64,000 nucleotides of DNA from Octopus bimaculoides (GCF_001194135.2 NC_068981.1:169306042-169370041), one strand, 5' to 3'; shown: positions 41,001 through 53,896, counted from the stretch's first letter. Made by a program: numbers and translations. Notes: generated by a model from the letters alone, not told the origin.

Positions 41001-41600
41001 AATATAGTATTTAATACACAGTGCAAGTTTATAAACACAAACATAAATCTTTGTATCTTAGATCCACCACATTTATTAAATGTTATATGGTACATGACAA
41101 GAGCTTCTAAACATTTATTCCTTTTGTTCATTTAACATTTAGCTAATTTACATACATGTATTGTCGATGTTTTGAGTCGACTCACTGAGAGACATTTTCT
41201 CATGGTACGTTCAGAGTGTGCCAACCATACATTTGAATCACCACGAATCGCCCGGGAGATTACAACACATATTTTATCATTAAATTTCGATCGTTTTAAA
41301 TATTCTTGGTGTTATTGGAGATAGATTTTGTTTTGGCTTATATTATGAAGCTGCAGCTGGAACGAGAGAGTGCTGCGCTATCAGTATGTTGGTACTTATT
41401 ACTGAAGAGTAGACGGAAGCTATATGAAATGAAGTGTCATGCTCAAGGGCACAAAAATCCATCCATTCCCTGAGTTGAATCCATGACCTTATGAATATGA
41501 GCACTATACCTCTAAGCACTAGGTAATACAACTTCACAGAAAATATGGAACGCATTGCGAATCTCCGAGTTATTCTTGTATGTTAATGATCTCTGTATTA

Positions 41601-42377
41601 TTCCATCGGAAAAGTCAGCAAATTGGGTTAATGGATTCCTCACAAACTATTCGAGTCTCATCACGTGCAAATAGTGAATGTGTGCTCTTCTTTGCTGTTA
41701 TGTCTCACGAATAAACCTTATTTGGACCGAATAGTGACTGGTGACGAGAAATGGGTTCTCTGTAAAAATGTCAAGCGCCGAAGACAGTGGGTAGGGAAAG
41801 GAGAAACACATGCACCCCAGGCTATAGGTCTTCACCAACGTGTGGTATTATTGTCTGTTTGGTGGGATATGAAACATTTAGTCCACTTCGAACTTTTAAA
41901 CCCAAACCAAACGATAACAAGGGAGATCTACTCCGCGTAGCTTGAGGGGCTTAAGTCAGCGCTAGAAGGAAAACGACCATCTTTGGTTTCAAGACGAAAG
42001 GTGTTCTTCCATTAGGATAATGCTGGGCCACATACAGTGAGGATGACTTTCCAAAGGCAGGTGTAGTTTCAATGGGAAACGATGCCCCCCCCCCATATTC
42101 GCCGGACATCTAAGTATCATTTATTCCGCAGTCTTCAAAACCATTTGGACGGAAAAATATGAATTCTATACACAAGGTCAGAACAGTACTGGAGGAATAT
42201 TTTTCGTCCCGGACAATTCAATTTTGGAAAAGGGGCCTTGCAAGCCTACCAGATAGGTGGAAGAGCATTGTAGAATATGAAGAAGAGTATATTTTAGATT
42301 AAAAAAGAACTTTATCTTAATTTTGAAATATAAAAGAAGCCTAAAAAAACCGCATTATTTATGGGATGACCCAATAT
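41601..42377 (+). pseudogene. Mariner (DD34D-type) transposase, 5'-truncated, with 3' TIR
   Basis: SIGKVSKLG*WIPHKL (WVPHEL motif), RIVTGDEKW, LLSVWWD, H*DNAGPH, PYSPDI, HLFRSLQNHLDG; stop near 42300. The 3' TIR reads tattgggtcatcccataaataatgcggtttt on the minus strand (Hsmar1-like pattern) and ends in TA. Confidence 0.92.
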
Positions 42378-42659
42378 AACAACACACACATACACACACA
42401 CACGTTTGTATGTAATTCTCTCTTTTCCCTCCATCGCTCGGCACATCTAACTATTTTCTTCTACGTTCTGCTTACTAGTTACGCGTGTACTTTTAGAATG
42501 CTTTTCCTTAATTCCTCTCTGATGAAGATTTGAGGATTACTACTCAGGAATTCCATTTCTATGTAGCATTTTTTCCATTAAATTAATTAGACACATTGAG
42601 TAGTGGATAGAATATTATCTGATATTTAACGTTATGAAAATTTGCATCAGACAAGAAAA

Positions 42660-42878
42660 ATCTCTCCATCATCGCCACCACTAATGCTGCTGCAGGGAAC
42701 ACAGCCGCCGCCGTCACCTCCACCACCGCCGCCACTACCACTGCTACAACTACCATAATCTTACCACCACCATTACTCCTCCACATTCACCTCTACCTCC
42801 TACTACTACAATCTAACCACCACAACTAAGTGTATGAAATAGTCTTACCAACTACTACTACTACCACTGCTGCTGCTG

Positions 42879-42939
<61 letters not shown>

Positions 42940-42950
42940 CTTTACCACCA
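42660..42950 (+). repeat. (CCA/GCC/CTA/GCT)n trinucleotide compound repeat
   Basis: Degenerate CCA/GCC run followed by about 19 perfect CTA units at 42880-42938. Confidence 0.9.
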
Positions 42951-43111
42951 CTGACACTGCGATAAACCACAATACGACCAACACCGCCACTGCCAGTAAG
43001 TAACGACTTATAACACATCAAGTAACAACAACATCAACGCCTGCCCCATCTCAAATACTACCACTATTACTACCACTGTCACTGATACAACCAGCCCCAA
43101 TACTATCACCA

Positions 43112-43325
43112 ATTGGCAGAATCGTTAGCACACTGGACAAAATGTTTAGCGGAATTTCGTCCGTCTTTATGTTCTGAGTTCAAATTCCGCCGAAGTCGAT
43201 TTTACTTTTCATCATTTTGGGGTCGATAAAATAAGTACCTATTGAGCAGTGGAATCAATGTAATCGACTTACGTCCTCTCCCAAAATTGCTGGCCTGGTA
43301 TTAAAATTGGAAGCCAGTATTATTA
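43112..43325 (+). mobile_element. SINE family B, followed by a second head fragment at 43333-43365
   Basis: ttggcagaatcgttagcac..gagttcaaattccgccgaagtcg..ggggtcgataaaataagtacc. Confidence 0.9.
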
Positions 43326-43879
43326 TCACAGCAAAGCGGACGAACTGGTAGAATCGGTAGCACTCCTTGTGCCATGTGCCAAGATTTGAAGCTAAAATTA
43401 CTATTACTAACTTCAATGCCGGTATTAGGTCACCACCGCTACAATCACAACCACCACCACCACCGCCACCACCACAACCACTACCACCACCGCCGCCACC
43501 AATAATAATACCAACAACAACACAATTTGCAACAACTACAGAAACAACATTAACAATACGGAGGTGAGTGACAAAAAACTGCAGACGATTTTTCTCTTAA
43601 ATCACACCTTGGTCAATGCAGTTTTAGATACCCATCAGTGGAATAGCCATCATTGGAATATCTATGATTATAGATCTGCTTATACTAAAGTTGATTTTGG
43701 TTTAAACAGCAACAATTTCTATACCGACAACGACAACGACGACTAATGCAACATCTGCAATACTATGATAGACACCAACAATATGCATAGCAAACAACAT
43801 AACCATTATCTTCATAAACATGACACCTAACGTAGCTTCAGTGAACATATGTGGGTTCCATAGACTTGCTAGAAATAAG

Positions 43880-44225
43880 TCAGTTGTGTGATCAAGAAGC
43901 TCGCTTTGCAATCATGATTTCTTTCTGGTTCAGTTCCACTTTACTTGAGTGACTGCCTTCTACTGTAACTCGGGCCGACCATCACTTTGTGATTGAATTT
44001 GTGAATTTTGTTGATAGAGGCTGTATGGAATCCTGTCGTACATGTGAGAGAGCTTGTGTATGTGTGTGTGCGTATGTATATGTGTATGTATGTGTGTCTG
44101 TATGTGTCTATTTGTATACCTGTGCCTTTTTGTTTGTTTCCAATTCACCATTGCTCGACAACGGTGTTGGTAGTTTACATCCCCGTAGCTTAGAGATTCA
44201 GCGAAAGAAACGGATAAAATGAGTA
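43880..44225 (+). mobile_element. SINE family A, diverged
   Basis: tgtgtgatcaagaagc.., ctcgggccgacc, internal TG repeat, gctcgacaacggtgttggtagtttacatccccgtagcttag. Confidence 0.8.
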
Positions 44226-44851
44226 CTACACTCCAAATATATATACTGAGACCATGTTTTTGGACTACACCCTTCAAAGCTGTGTCCCAGCTTGAAACAA
44301 ATAATTTAAAAAAATCAAAGCTATCGCTTCTTACGTTAAGGAAAATCAAAACGAAAACGCAACGAAGGAAAACATTGACCAGTGTAGTCGTGAATTTGCA
44401 AAATGATAAGATAATCATAGTTATGATACTTTAGGGCATGTCTAATTCATCAGATTTGAACTGGGGCTAAAAGCCTACTCAATACGCGAATAAAAAATAT
44501 TATCAACAACAGAGGGCAGTGCAGAAGTCTCAAAGGCCAGCAAAAATTTCAATAATACCAGTAAAAGCAATCATTAAACTCAGGAGGCAAACGTATGTGT
44601 GAGCATGTTTTTGTGCTTATACCTATACCGCTTGTCAACTGGTGTTGGGTTGTTTACGTTCCCATAACCTAGCGATCTGGCAAGAGTACCTGTCAACGAG
44701 GATTTATATGACCCGAGTGTGGTGTGGGTGCATATAAAATTTTGTTTAAGTTTATGCGCAATAAATTAAGTTATACTTCTATTATGCACAACATATTCAA
44801 ATTTTCTATATAATTGTTAATAATGTTTAATTGAAAAATACAGTATTCTTA

Positions 44852-45080
44852 TATTCTTTTAGTCGTTTCATTCATTTCACTGTGGACTTGCTGGAGCACC
44901 ACCTTAAAGGGTTTCAGTCGAAAAATCGAGCCCGGGACACATTCTTTCTAAGTCTTTCTATGAGTCTCTCTTGCCGAAACTCTAAGTAACGAGGACATAA
45001 ACACACCAGCATTGGTTTTCAAGCGATGGCGGGAAGTTAAACACAGACATACACACATACGTACATACATACACAAACAC
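44852..45080 (-). mobile_element. SINE family A, 3' half
   Basis: ttgctggagcaccacc..tcgagcccgggacacattctt..taagtaacgaggacataaacacaccagcattgg. Confidence 0.85.
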
Positions 45081-46106
45081 ACATATATAGAATATGAAGG
45101 GTTTTACTCACTGATGAACTAAACGAATAGGTATGCTGAGTAAGTGCTATAATTGGTCATCCGTTAGGTTCCAAGTTCATGGCTGAGACTAGAGCTAAGG
45201 ATCCGTATGAGGCTTGCATGCTAGCAGTTATATATTAAATTAGAGGAAAAAGGAGAATAAAACCTAAGGCAGAACGAGTATCCCAAGTCGTTTAGAATAT
45301 TTTAAGTGAGGTTAATTTGAAGTCTTACAGCTGTTTCTAGGATATCCCAAGTGATAGGCTAGTATGTTCATATACTGGGTATTCTGTCGTCAGAGGCAAG
45401 GTGAGTAAGTATGGAAGTTCTAGACAGGGAAATTCATAGTTTATAAGGAATAAAATAGAAGAATAAAGAGTAGAAGTAGATAGAAGAATACTCGCAGGAA
45501 AATAAAGTTCACAGTTCATCGTTTTCCATAGGATATGGAGGTTGGTCCGTATTTCCTTGAAGGTATAAGCCCTAAGGTATAATCCCAGGTTAATCCAGGT
45601 AGTATTTTGGCGGTACTTTGAATGATGCGTTCATATTGAAATAATGGATTAAGTGGTAAGCTAGTATATAAAAGGTCTACGTGGGTGTATAGAGTGAGAA
45701 AGACATACATCAAAATATACAAAAATGGGTTGGGAATGAGTGGGTAGAAGAGAGAGGAGAAAGAGAGGAAAATAAAGAAATGGGATAGGTGTGGGTAAGC
45801 GAAAGTAAAGACAATAAATGTAAAGTAAAATCAAAAATCAAAATCAAAATCAAAATTAAAAATAAAGACAAGATGACAGTATTATTCTTCGTAAGTGTCG
45901 GTTCGGAGTGAGAGGTCAGGCGTTAAGGTTTTGGTAACGTGGAGGGGGGGAGGAATTTATATCTATTAATTAGATTAATTCTAGGTTAGGTGTGGCCACA
46001 GAGAATATTCACAATATTTACATTATTTACATTTGACGGATGTTTGTCCTACTGCTCTATGTTGTACTATTTATGGACGAGTTAAAGTTTAGGGTAGTAT
46101 TAGGGG

Positions 46107-46114
46107 ACTGGCTC

Positions 46115-46181
<67 letters not shown>

Positions 46182-46182
46182 T
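46107..46182 (+). repeat. (TTA)n microsatellite
   Basis: About 24 units directly upstream of a SINE B head. Confidence 0.95.
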
Positions 46183-46400
46183 AAGGCGGCGAGCTGACAG
46201 AATCGTTAGCACACCGAACAAAATGCTTAGCGGTATTTCACTTGTCGCTAATTTCTGAGTTCAAATTCCGCCGAGGTCATCTTTGCCTTTCATCTGTTCG
46301 GCGTCGATAAATCAAGTACCAGTGAAACATTGAGGTTGATGTAATCAACTGGTCCCCTCCCCGCAAAATTTGAGGCCTTGAGTCTCCAGTAGCAAGAATT
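46183..46400 (+). mobile_element. SINE family B
   Basis: aaggcggcgagctgacagaatcgttagcac..gagttcaaattccgccgagg..gtcgataaatcaagtacc. Confidence 0.9.
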
Positions 46401-46681
46401 ATTATTGTTACTACTACTACTACTACTACTAGTAATGTTAATTTTGGAAATTACTTTTGGAAATAGTTATAATATTTAGGGAAATAATTTTTCAAAATGT
46501 TAGAAGGAAAAAAAAAAACAAGAATGAAGATCAGTAGAAGAGTGATTGAATAGTAAGACAGGGGTAAAGCATGAGCGATAGTAGAAGTGTCATTGAATAG
46601 TGAGAGAGGGGGTCGGAGGAGTAAAGTCGAAAAGTATGACACAGTGACACACTGATTTTCACTTTTGCATTTATTATTATA

Positions 46682-47107
46682 AATTACACGACTATCACTA
46701 AACACCATTCTAAAGTGTGATTTTTATGTTGTTGAATTGCTCTAAACTAATTTGACCATAAAAATGTCAGAAATTTAGTATTTTTAAAGATAATAATAAA
46801 ATTAGTCGAACCTATTTTCATGCTGTCGAAAGCGTAAAGTTTCCGAAATTTTCATACTTTTTATATCTGCTATTTTAGAATTCTACGCATGCGTAAAATA
46901 TCAAATGACAGCACATTCAATAACATATTCATACACGCAACGACATAAAGAAACATAAGAATAGCTCCGACGGCCGACGGCATGAAAATAAGCCCGACAA
47001 ATTTTATTAATATCTTAAGAAATACTCAACATTTTCATGGTCAAATTCGCATAAAAATCGCATAAAAATCGCACTTTAAGATAGTGTTTATCGAGTATGG
47101 TGTAATT
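46682..47107. repeat. Long imperfect inverted repeat (fold-back / MITE-like element)
   Basis: Left arm 46682-46829 is the reverse complement of right arm 46975-47107. The spacer holds the perfect palindrome TACGCATGCGTA at 46884-46895. Confidence 0.8.
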
Positions 47108-47223
47108 GTGATTTCCACCGAAGACTAATAACATTTTTTTTCAAAATGACACCGATAGAAACATTTGAAAGAACGGAGCCGGTTAAGAGACAATGAAGAG
47201 AAGTAGTAAATATGTGTATGTAT

Positions 47224-47291
<68 letters not shown>

Positions 47292-48179
47292 NNNNNNNNN
47301 NNNNNNNNNNNNNNNNNNNNNNNNNNNNNNNNNNNNNNNNNNNNNNNNNNNNNNNNNNNNNNNNNNNNNNNNNNNNNNNNNNNNNNNNNNNNNNNNNNNN
47401 NNNNNNNNNNNNNNNNNNNNNNNNNNNNNNNNNNNNNNNNNNNNNNNNNNNNNNNNNNNNNNNNNNNNNNNNNNNNNNNNNNNNNNNNNNNNNNNNNNNN
47501 NNNNNNNNNNNNNNNNNNNNNNNNNNNNNNNNNNNNNNNNNNNNNNNNNNNNNNNNNNNNNNNNNNNNNNNNNNNNNNNNNNNNNNNNNNNNNNNNNNNN
47601 NNNNNNNNNNNNNNNNNNNNNNNNNNNNNNNNNNNNNNNNNNNNNNNNNNNNNNNNNNNNNNNNNNNNNNNNNNNNNNNNNNNNNNNNNNNNNNNNNNNN
47701 NNNNNNNNNNNNNNNNNNNNNNNNNNNNNNNNNNNNNNNNNNNNNNNNNNNNNNNNNNNNNNNNNNNNNNNNNNNNNNNNNNNNNNNNNNNNNNNNNNNN
47801 NNNNNNNNNNNNNNNNNNNNNNNNNNNNNNNNNNNNNNNNNNNNNNNNNNNNNNNNNNNNNNNNNNNNNNNNNNNNNNNNNNNNNNNNNNNNNNNNNNNN
47901 NNNNNNNNNNNNNNNNNNNNNNNNNNNNNNNNNNNNNNNNNNNNNNNNNNNNNNNNNNNNNNNNNNNNNNNNNNNNNNNNNNNNNNNNNNNNNNNNNNNN
48001 NNNNNNNNNNNNNNNNNNNNNNNNNNNNNNNNNNNNNNNNNNNNNNNNNNNNNNNNNNNNNNNNNNNNNNNNNNNNNNNNNNNNNNNNNNNNNNNNNNNN
48101 NNNNNNNNNNNNNNNNNNNNNNNNNNNNNNNNNNNNNNNNNNNNNNNNNNNNNNNNNNNNNNNNNNNNNNNNNNNNNNN

Positions 48180-48215
<36 letters not shown>

Positions 48216-48228
48216 TATATATACACAT

Positions 48229-48343
48229 GGAAACAGTTTGTTTCGTTCACGGGAGTTCTCGTTTCATTGTTTCATTATTTCATTTCTTGTTTCATATACG
48301 CGAATTTACGAGAAATCCCGTGAATGAAACGAAACTGTTTTCC
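48229..48343. repeat. 115-bp hairpin with ~35-bp arms
   Basis: ggaaacagtttgtttcgttcacgggagttctcgt (48229-48262) pairs with acgagaaatcccgtgaatgaaacgaaactgttttcc (48308-48343). Confidence 0.85.
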
Positions 48344-48927
48344 AAAGTGGACGCGAAGACCTTTCTCCATGTGATCGGTTTAAAAAAAAATTTAAGACAC
48401 TAGGATGTTTTCCTACTCTTCTTAACATGAAACCAATGGTAGCCTTAATTCACAAATAAAGAATATGTATATAAAGGTCCAGTAGAGTAAAATAGGAATC
48501 AAATACTCTGCAGGCAAAGAATTGTTGAGAACTACTAATGTGGACCTAGGTGATGAAAAACTGCAAAAGTAGAAAGCTGAATAAGCAAGATCGGAACGCC
48601 TGATCCCATTGGTTTGATCAATACCAATCTAAAACAACAACAATTATAGAATTAGAATGGTTTTTGTACGACAACAAAAATAACACCAACGAACAATAGC
48701 AAAACGAATTATGACAAGCACCAAAGAACTAGAGTAATTAAAGTCACTGTAATGAAATTAACGATATGAAAAAGAGGACTATCTGCGTAATGCACTTTTC
48801 AAACCGTCAAGAATCAAGTGCAAAGCAAACAGAAAACTAAATTACATCGCATACTTCCACTCAAAGATCATACACATCAGCACTCACAGAGAAATAGAAA
48901 AAGACGAGGGTGTGAGAGAGTGTGTGT

Positions 48928-48977
<50 letters not shown>

Positions 48978-49825
48978 GAGAGAGAAATGGAAAGAAAGAG
49001 AAAGAAAAGGAGTGAGAGAGACAGTAGTACATACAACATAAGTGTGTTTACATAAACTATATATTAGAATTCACGTGATATTGAAATGATTAGTAGGGTA
49101 GATAAATAAAAGCTTAATGAAAATTGTCGAAAAACAACACACGTACACAAGTACAAACACATTTATGCACACGCACTCACGCAGAGTTACACACACACGT
49201 GCACGACACATACACATGCACACACATAAGTATGTACTTTAGGTGACTGGTGATCTACTGAATGATGTATGCAAAAATATTTCATAACGAATTCAAATTT
49301 CCCCCTTAGGTGAAGAAGAAAACAAAGAAAAACAGAACTATTAATAAATGTTAGTGAATCTCAAATTAAAAGTGAGATAATTTTCCCAAAATTAGAATTA
49401 ATTTCACAGATAAATTTCATGCATATCTAATTTTGCGACCCTTGATAGTAGTCGAGGTCAAATCTACTGACATATTTTGATGTTATTAGAATTCAGGAAT
49501 GAAATCTAATATGCTCTTAATTTTGTTGTTCAAAAGTTTTAATTTTACTAGGAGAAAAATGATGCTAAAATTTATGGACCGTATCAAGTATATTGTTTCA
49601 AATCTTTTCTTAGGAATGAGGGTGTGTAAGTGTACATATGAGCATCTATATACAGATATATAAATACACACACACAAACACAAATATATATGTACACTCG
49701 TCTATAGGCGTCTGTAAGTGTATACATACATGCACACATACATGCATAATTTATTCTCCCCCCCCCCATGCAGTGTTGAGCATCTATTCTCGTTGTTCGA
49801 CATTTATGTGTGTATATATATATGC

Positions 49826-49866
<41 letters not shown>

Positions 49867-50257
49867 AGAGAAAAAAAAACACAATTATTGAATTCATCCA
49901 TGAAAATCCACAAGCACATACAGAAAAATTTAATAAGTAAATGTACTAAAAAGACCCATAATAAAAAAAACAAAGTAATAAATATTAAAATAATAAAACG
50001 ACTACACCTGTTTCATAACCACATTTTCAAATAGAAAATAAAATAAAAATCAAATCGATTCAAATTAAATTCAAAATAAATCGATCGAAAATCAATATAC
50101 TTATATATATTTACATATATATGCATATACATACATATATATATTTATACGTATATATACACACATATATATATATATATACATGTATAATATATATATA
50201 TAAATATATGCATTGATATATATTTATACATATATACATATACATATATATACATAT

Positions 50258-50590
50258 ATGACCGACACTCCGTCGGTTATGACGACGAGTGTCCCAGTTA
50301 ATCCGATCAACTGGAGCACCTAACGTAGCCTTAACGTAGTTCTCGGGGAGATTCAGCTTGACACAGACTGTTATAAGGCTGACCCTTTGAAATACAGGTA
50401 CAACAGAAACAGGAAGGAAGAGTAAGAGAAATTTGTGGTGAAAGAATACAACAAGGTTTGCCAACACCCCCTGCCGGAGCCTCGTGGAGCTTTACGTGGT
50501 TTCGCTCAATAAACACTGACAAACGAAACCGCGATCCTAATACTTGATACGGTCCATAATACCGCGAGTCCACTGGGCATTGCGCCTCTA
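50258..50590 (-). mobile_element. tRNA-derived SINE family C
   Basis: Minus strand: gaggcgcaatgcccagtgg head, gatcgcggtttcg, ctccacgaggctccggcaggggg, tacctgtatttcaaaggg.., gatcggattaactggg..cgtcgtcataaccgacggagtg tail. Confidence 0.85.
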
Positions 50591-50593
50591 CTG

Positions 50594-50624
<31 letters not shown>

Positions 50625-51425
50625 GNNNNNNNNNNNNNNNNNNNNNNNNNNNNNNNNNNNNNNNNNNNNNNNNNNNNNNNNNNNNNNNNNNNNNNNNNNN
50701 NNNNNNNNNNNNNNNNNNNNNNNNNNNNNNNNNNNNNNNNNNNNNNNNNNNNNNNNNNNNNNNNNNNNNNNNNNNNNNNNNNNNNNNNNNNNNNNNNNNN
50801 NNNNNNNNNNNNNNNNNNNNNNNNNNNNNNNNNNNNNNNNNNNNNNNNNNNNNNNNNNNNNNNNNNNNNNNNNNNNNNNNNNNNNNNNNNNNNNNNNNNN
50901 NNNNNNNNNNNNNNNNNNNNNNNNNNNNNNNNNNNNNNNNNNNNNNNNNNNNNNNNNNNNNNNNNNNNNNNNNNNNNNNNNNNNNNNNNNNNNNNNNNNN
51001 NNNNNNNNNNNNNNNNNNNNNNNNNNNNNNNNNNNNNNNNNNNNNNNNNNNNNNNNNNNNNNNNNNNNNNNNNNNNNNNNNNNNNNNNNNNNNNNNNNNN
51101 NNNNNNNNNNNNNNNNNNNNNNNNNNNNNNNNNNNNNNNNNNNNNNNNNNNNNNNNNNNNNNNNNNNNNNNNNNNNNNNNNNNNNNNNNNNNNNNNNNNN
51201 NNNNNNNNNNNNNNNNNNNNNNNNNNNNNNNNNNNNNNNNNNNNNNNNNNNNNNNNNNNNNNNNNNNNNNNNNNNNNNNNNNNNNNNNNNNNNNNNNNNN
51301 NNNNNNNNNNNNNNNNNNNNNNNNNNNNNNNNNNNNNNNNNNNNNNNNNNNNNNNNNNNNNNNNNNNNNNNNNNNNNNNNNNNNNNNNNNNNNNNNNNNN
51401 NNNNNNNNNNNNNNNNNNNNNNNNN

Positions 51426-51775
51426 CAGTTCCACTGCGTGACACCTTGGGCAAGTGTTTCTTACTATAGCGTCGGGCCGACCAAAGCCTTGTGAGTGGAT
51501 CTGGTTGACTGAAACTAAAAAAAAGACGTGCGTGTGTGTTTGTGTCTGTGTGCTTATGTATTTGTGTCTGTGTTCCTCCCCCCCCCAACGCCGATTCGCA
51601 ACCGATGTTGGTATGTTTACGTCCCCGTAACGTAGGAAAAGAAATTGATAGAAAAAGTACTGGGCTTACAAAGAAGAAGACCCGAGGTCGATTTCTTCGA
51701 CTAAGACAATTTCATGCAGTGCTCCAGCATGACCGCAATCGAATGACTGGACTGAAACATGTAACAGAGAGTCTA
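51426..51775 (+). mobile_element. SINE family A (head lost in N-gap)
   Basis: cagttccactgcgtgacaccttgggcaagtg..gggccgaccaaagccttgtgagtgga..gctccagcatgaccgc. Confidence 0.9.
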
Positions 51776-52268
51776 AAAAAAGAGCAGTTACCCACAGAAC
51801 TTCTAATTTATAAGTACCTAAACCAACAGATAAATAAATATTTGCTTTATTTAAAACAGACATTTCTACACACAACCTGTATTATATAGCATTTTCAATA
51901 AAAAGAATAATTAAAATCTAATTTCCAATGCTTCATTTTGTTCAAACTATAAGCTCTTCTATCCTATCTAACGTAATTACACAAGCTATTCTTTGATAAC
52001 AGCGTCAAGTCTTCGAAGTAACCCCTCGACTCTTATTTATTATGGTTAAATATAGTTTGCTAGTCTAATGTTCAAAACTACTATTCATCGAAAGTTTATA
52101 AAAGCCTTACAGCTATCCTCTTTACATTCACAATCACAAACATATAAGTCATTTTGTAGATTTCTCTGGAACATCTATTACTTCACTCACTAGTATTTAA
52201 GGCCTATAAAATTCTAATACACATACGCTAGCATGTAAAAATTATGTTCCAGGTTAAAGCTTATCTAC

Positions 52269-52410
52269 CTTTGCGGTATATTGAAGTAATTTCCTTCAGA
52301 GATTTATAATTGAATAGACCTTCCGACGTTAATGCGATCAAGCGGACGCTGCTTAACGGAGATTTCATGACATCAAGAACATTGCTGAATAGGATGCCAC
52401 TGAAACGCAT
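52269..52410 (-). other. Candidate coding exon (142 nt), unassigned
   Basis: Acceptor aaatcctttacag|, one frame open throughout (MRFSGILFSNVLDVMKSPLSSVRLIALTSEGLFNYKSLKEITSIYRK), donor AAG|gtagat, locally GC/CpG-richer. No homology recognised. Confidence 0.25.
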
Positions 52411-52821
52411 CTGTAAAGGATTTCTATAACCAAAACAGAAATGCTAAGAAAAACTAAGAAACCTCTTCGATATCTCTTCAAACAATTAGGCGCTTTAACC
52501 TTTAAGGTGGAAGAATAAGTTTGTCTAGAAATCCCGATAAATGCCTAAGTGACAATCCGCATAAGCTTGGGTTTCTGGAAAACAGAAATCAACTAGGTAC
52601 ATTACAAATACAGTGTTTATGTGGAAGAGTAAAATTATGCAAGAATTTTCTGAAGTTGAAAACATGAATTTGTTCTTGTTATTTACATTCCAACGAGGAA
52701 ATCATATATGTATGTATGTGTGTATGTATGTATGTATGTATGTATGTATGTATGTATGTATGTATGTGCGTGTGTTTCGTCGTTGGAATGTAGGACGGAT
52801 TGATAATACCTCACTATTAGG

Positions 52822-52875
<54 letters not shown>

Positions 52876-53510
52876 TGTGTATGCATATATATATATATAT
52901 GGATATGCATGCGCGCACACACGCATATTTCGTAGTAACCGAACCGAGGACGATAGTTAGCTAGCCGACACATTTGAGCGGCTGTCAAAATGCTATACAA
53001 CATTTAATTACGTCCCTTTAACTTATATTCTACACAAGTGGATATAATACAATAATAGTGAGGTATGACCCGTGCAAACTCATGGCCAATACCTTCCACA
53101 AAATTTATGGTCGTAAGCTTGAGATAAATATCAATACAGAAAGAAAATAACTACGTACATTGGCTGATAAACAGATTGAGTCAGAGACGGAAGGAGAGAT
53201 ATAGACAAGTGATAGAGTGAATGAGAGAGTGATAGAACATATATAGGTTAGTAAAAGGAGAAAGAGTGATATATTTAGAGGGCGGAGGGGATATAAAGAT
53301 TGGGATGTGTACGAGCAGATGCATATTCGTGTACAGAAAGTAAAATATAATTTGAAGAAGCATATATTAAAAGTATATGTAATAATTCTTTCTTTACAAC
53401 AAAATTTACCCAATATTTACATGATATTGTTTTTAGCTATATATGCTACTGGATCCTGTGTGTGTGTGTGTATGTGTGTATGTATATATGTTTGTGTGTA
53501 TTTATGCAAG

Positions 53511-53725
53511 CACATGGCTTAGCAGTCAGGGTGTTGCTCTCACGATCTAGCGTTCGTTGTTTCGATACCCAGAGAGCGCGGTGTGATGTTTTCCTGGGCA
53601 TAACACTTCATATCACATTACTCCGTCCACTCAGCTATAAGTGTGTAACCCTCGACAGAATAGACTTCTGCTCGAGGAGGATGGTGTTGCCAGCTCGCCT
53701 AGCGAGTGAGGAGGCATCATGCGAA
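53511..53725 (+). mobile_element. tRNA-derived SINE with a different central domain (family D)
   Basis: tggcttagcagtcaggg A-box-like, gtttcgataccc B-box-like, core ctccgtccactcagct..gtaaccctcgacagaatagac. Confidence 0.55.
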
Positions 53726-53822
53726 AGTTAAACAGATGCACAACACATTGTGACCAGCGATGAATAAATCAATATGATAGTCTGATCAATTATGTGATCT
53801 CTTGATATACGTACATACATAT

Positions 53823-53896
<74 letters not shown>

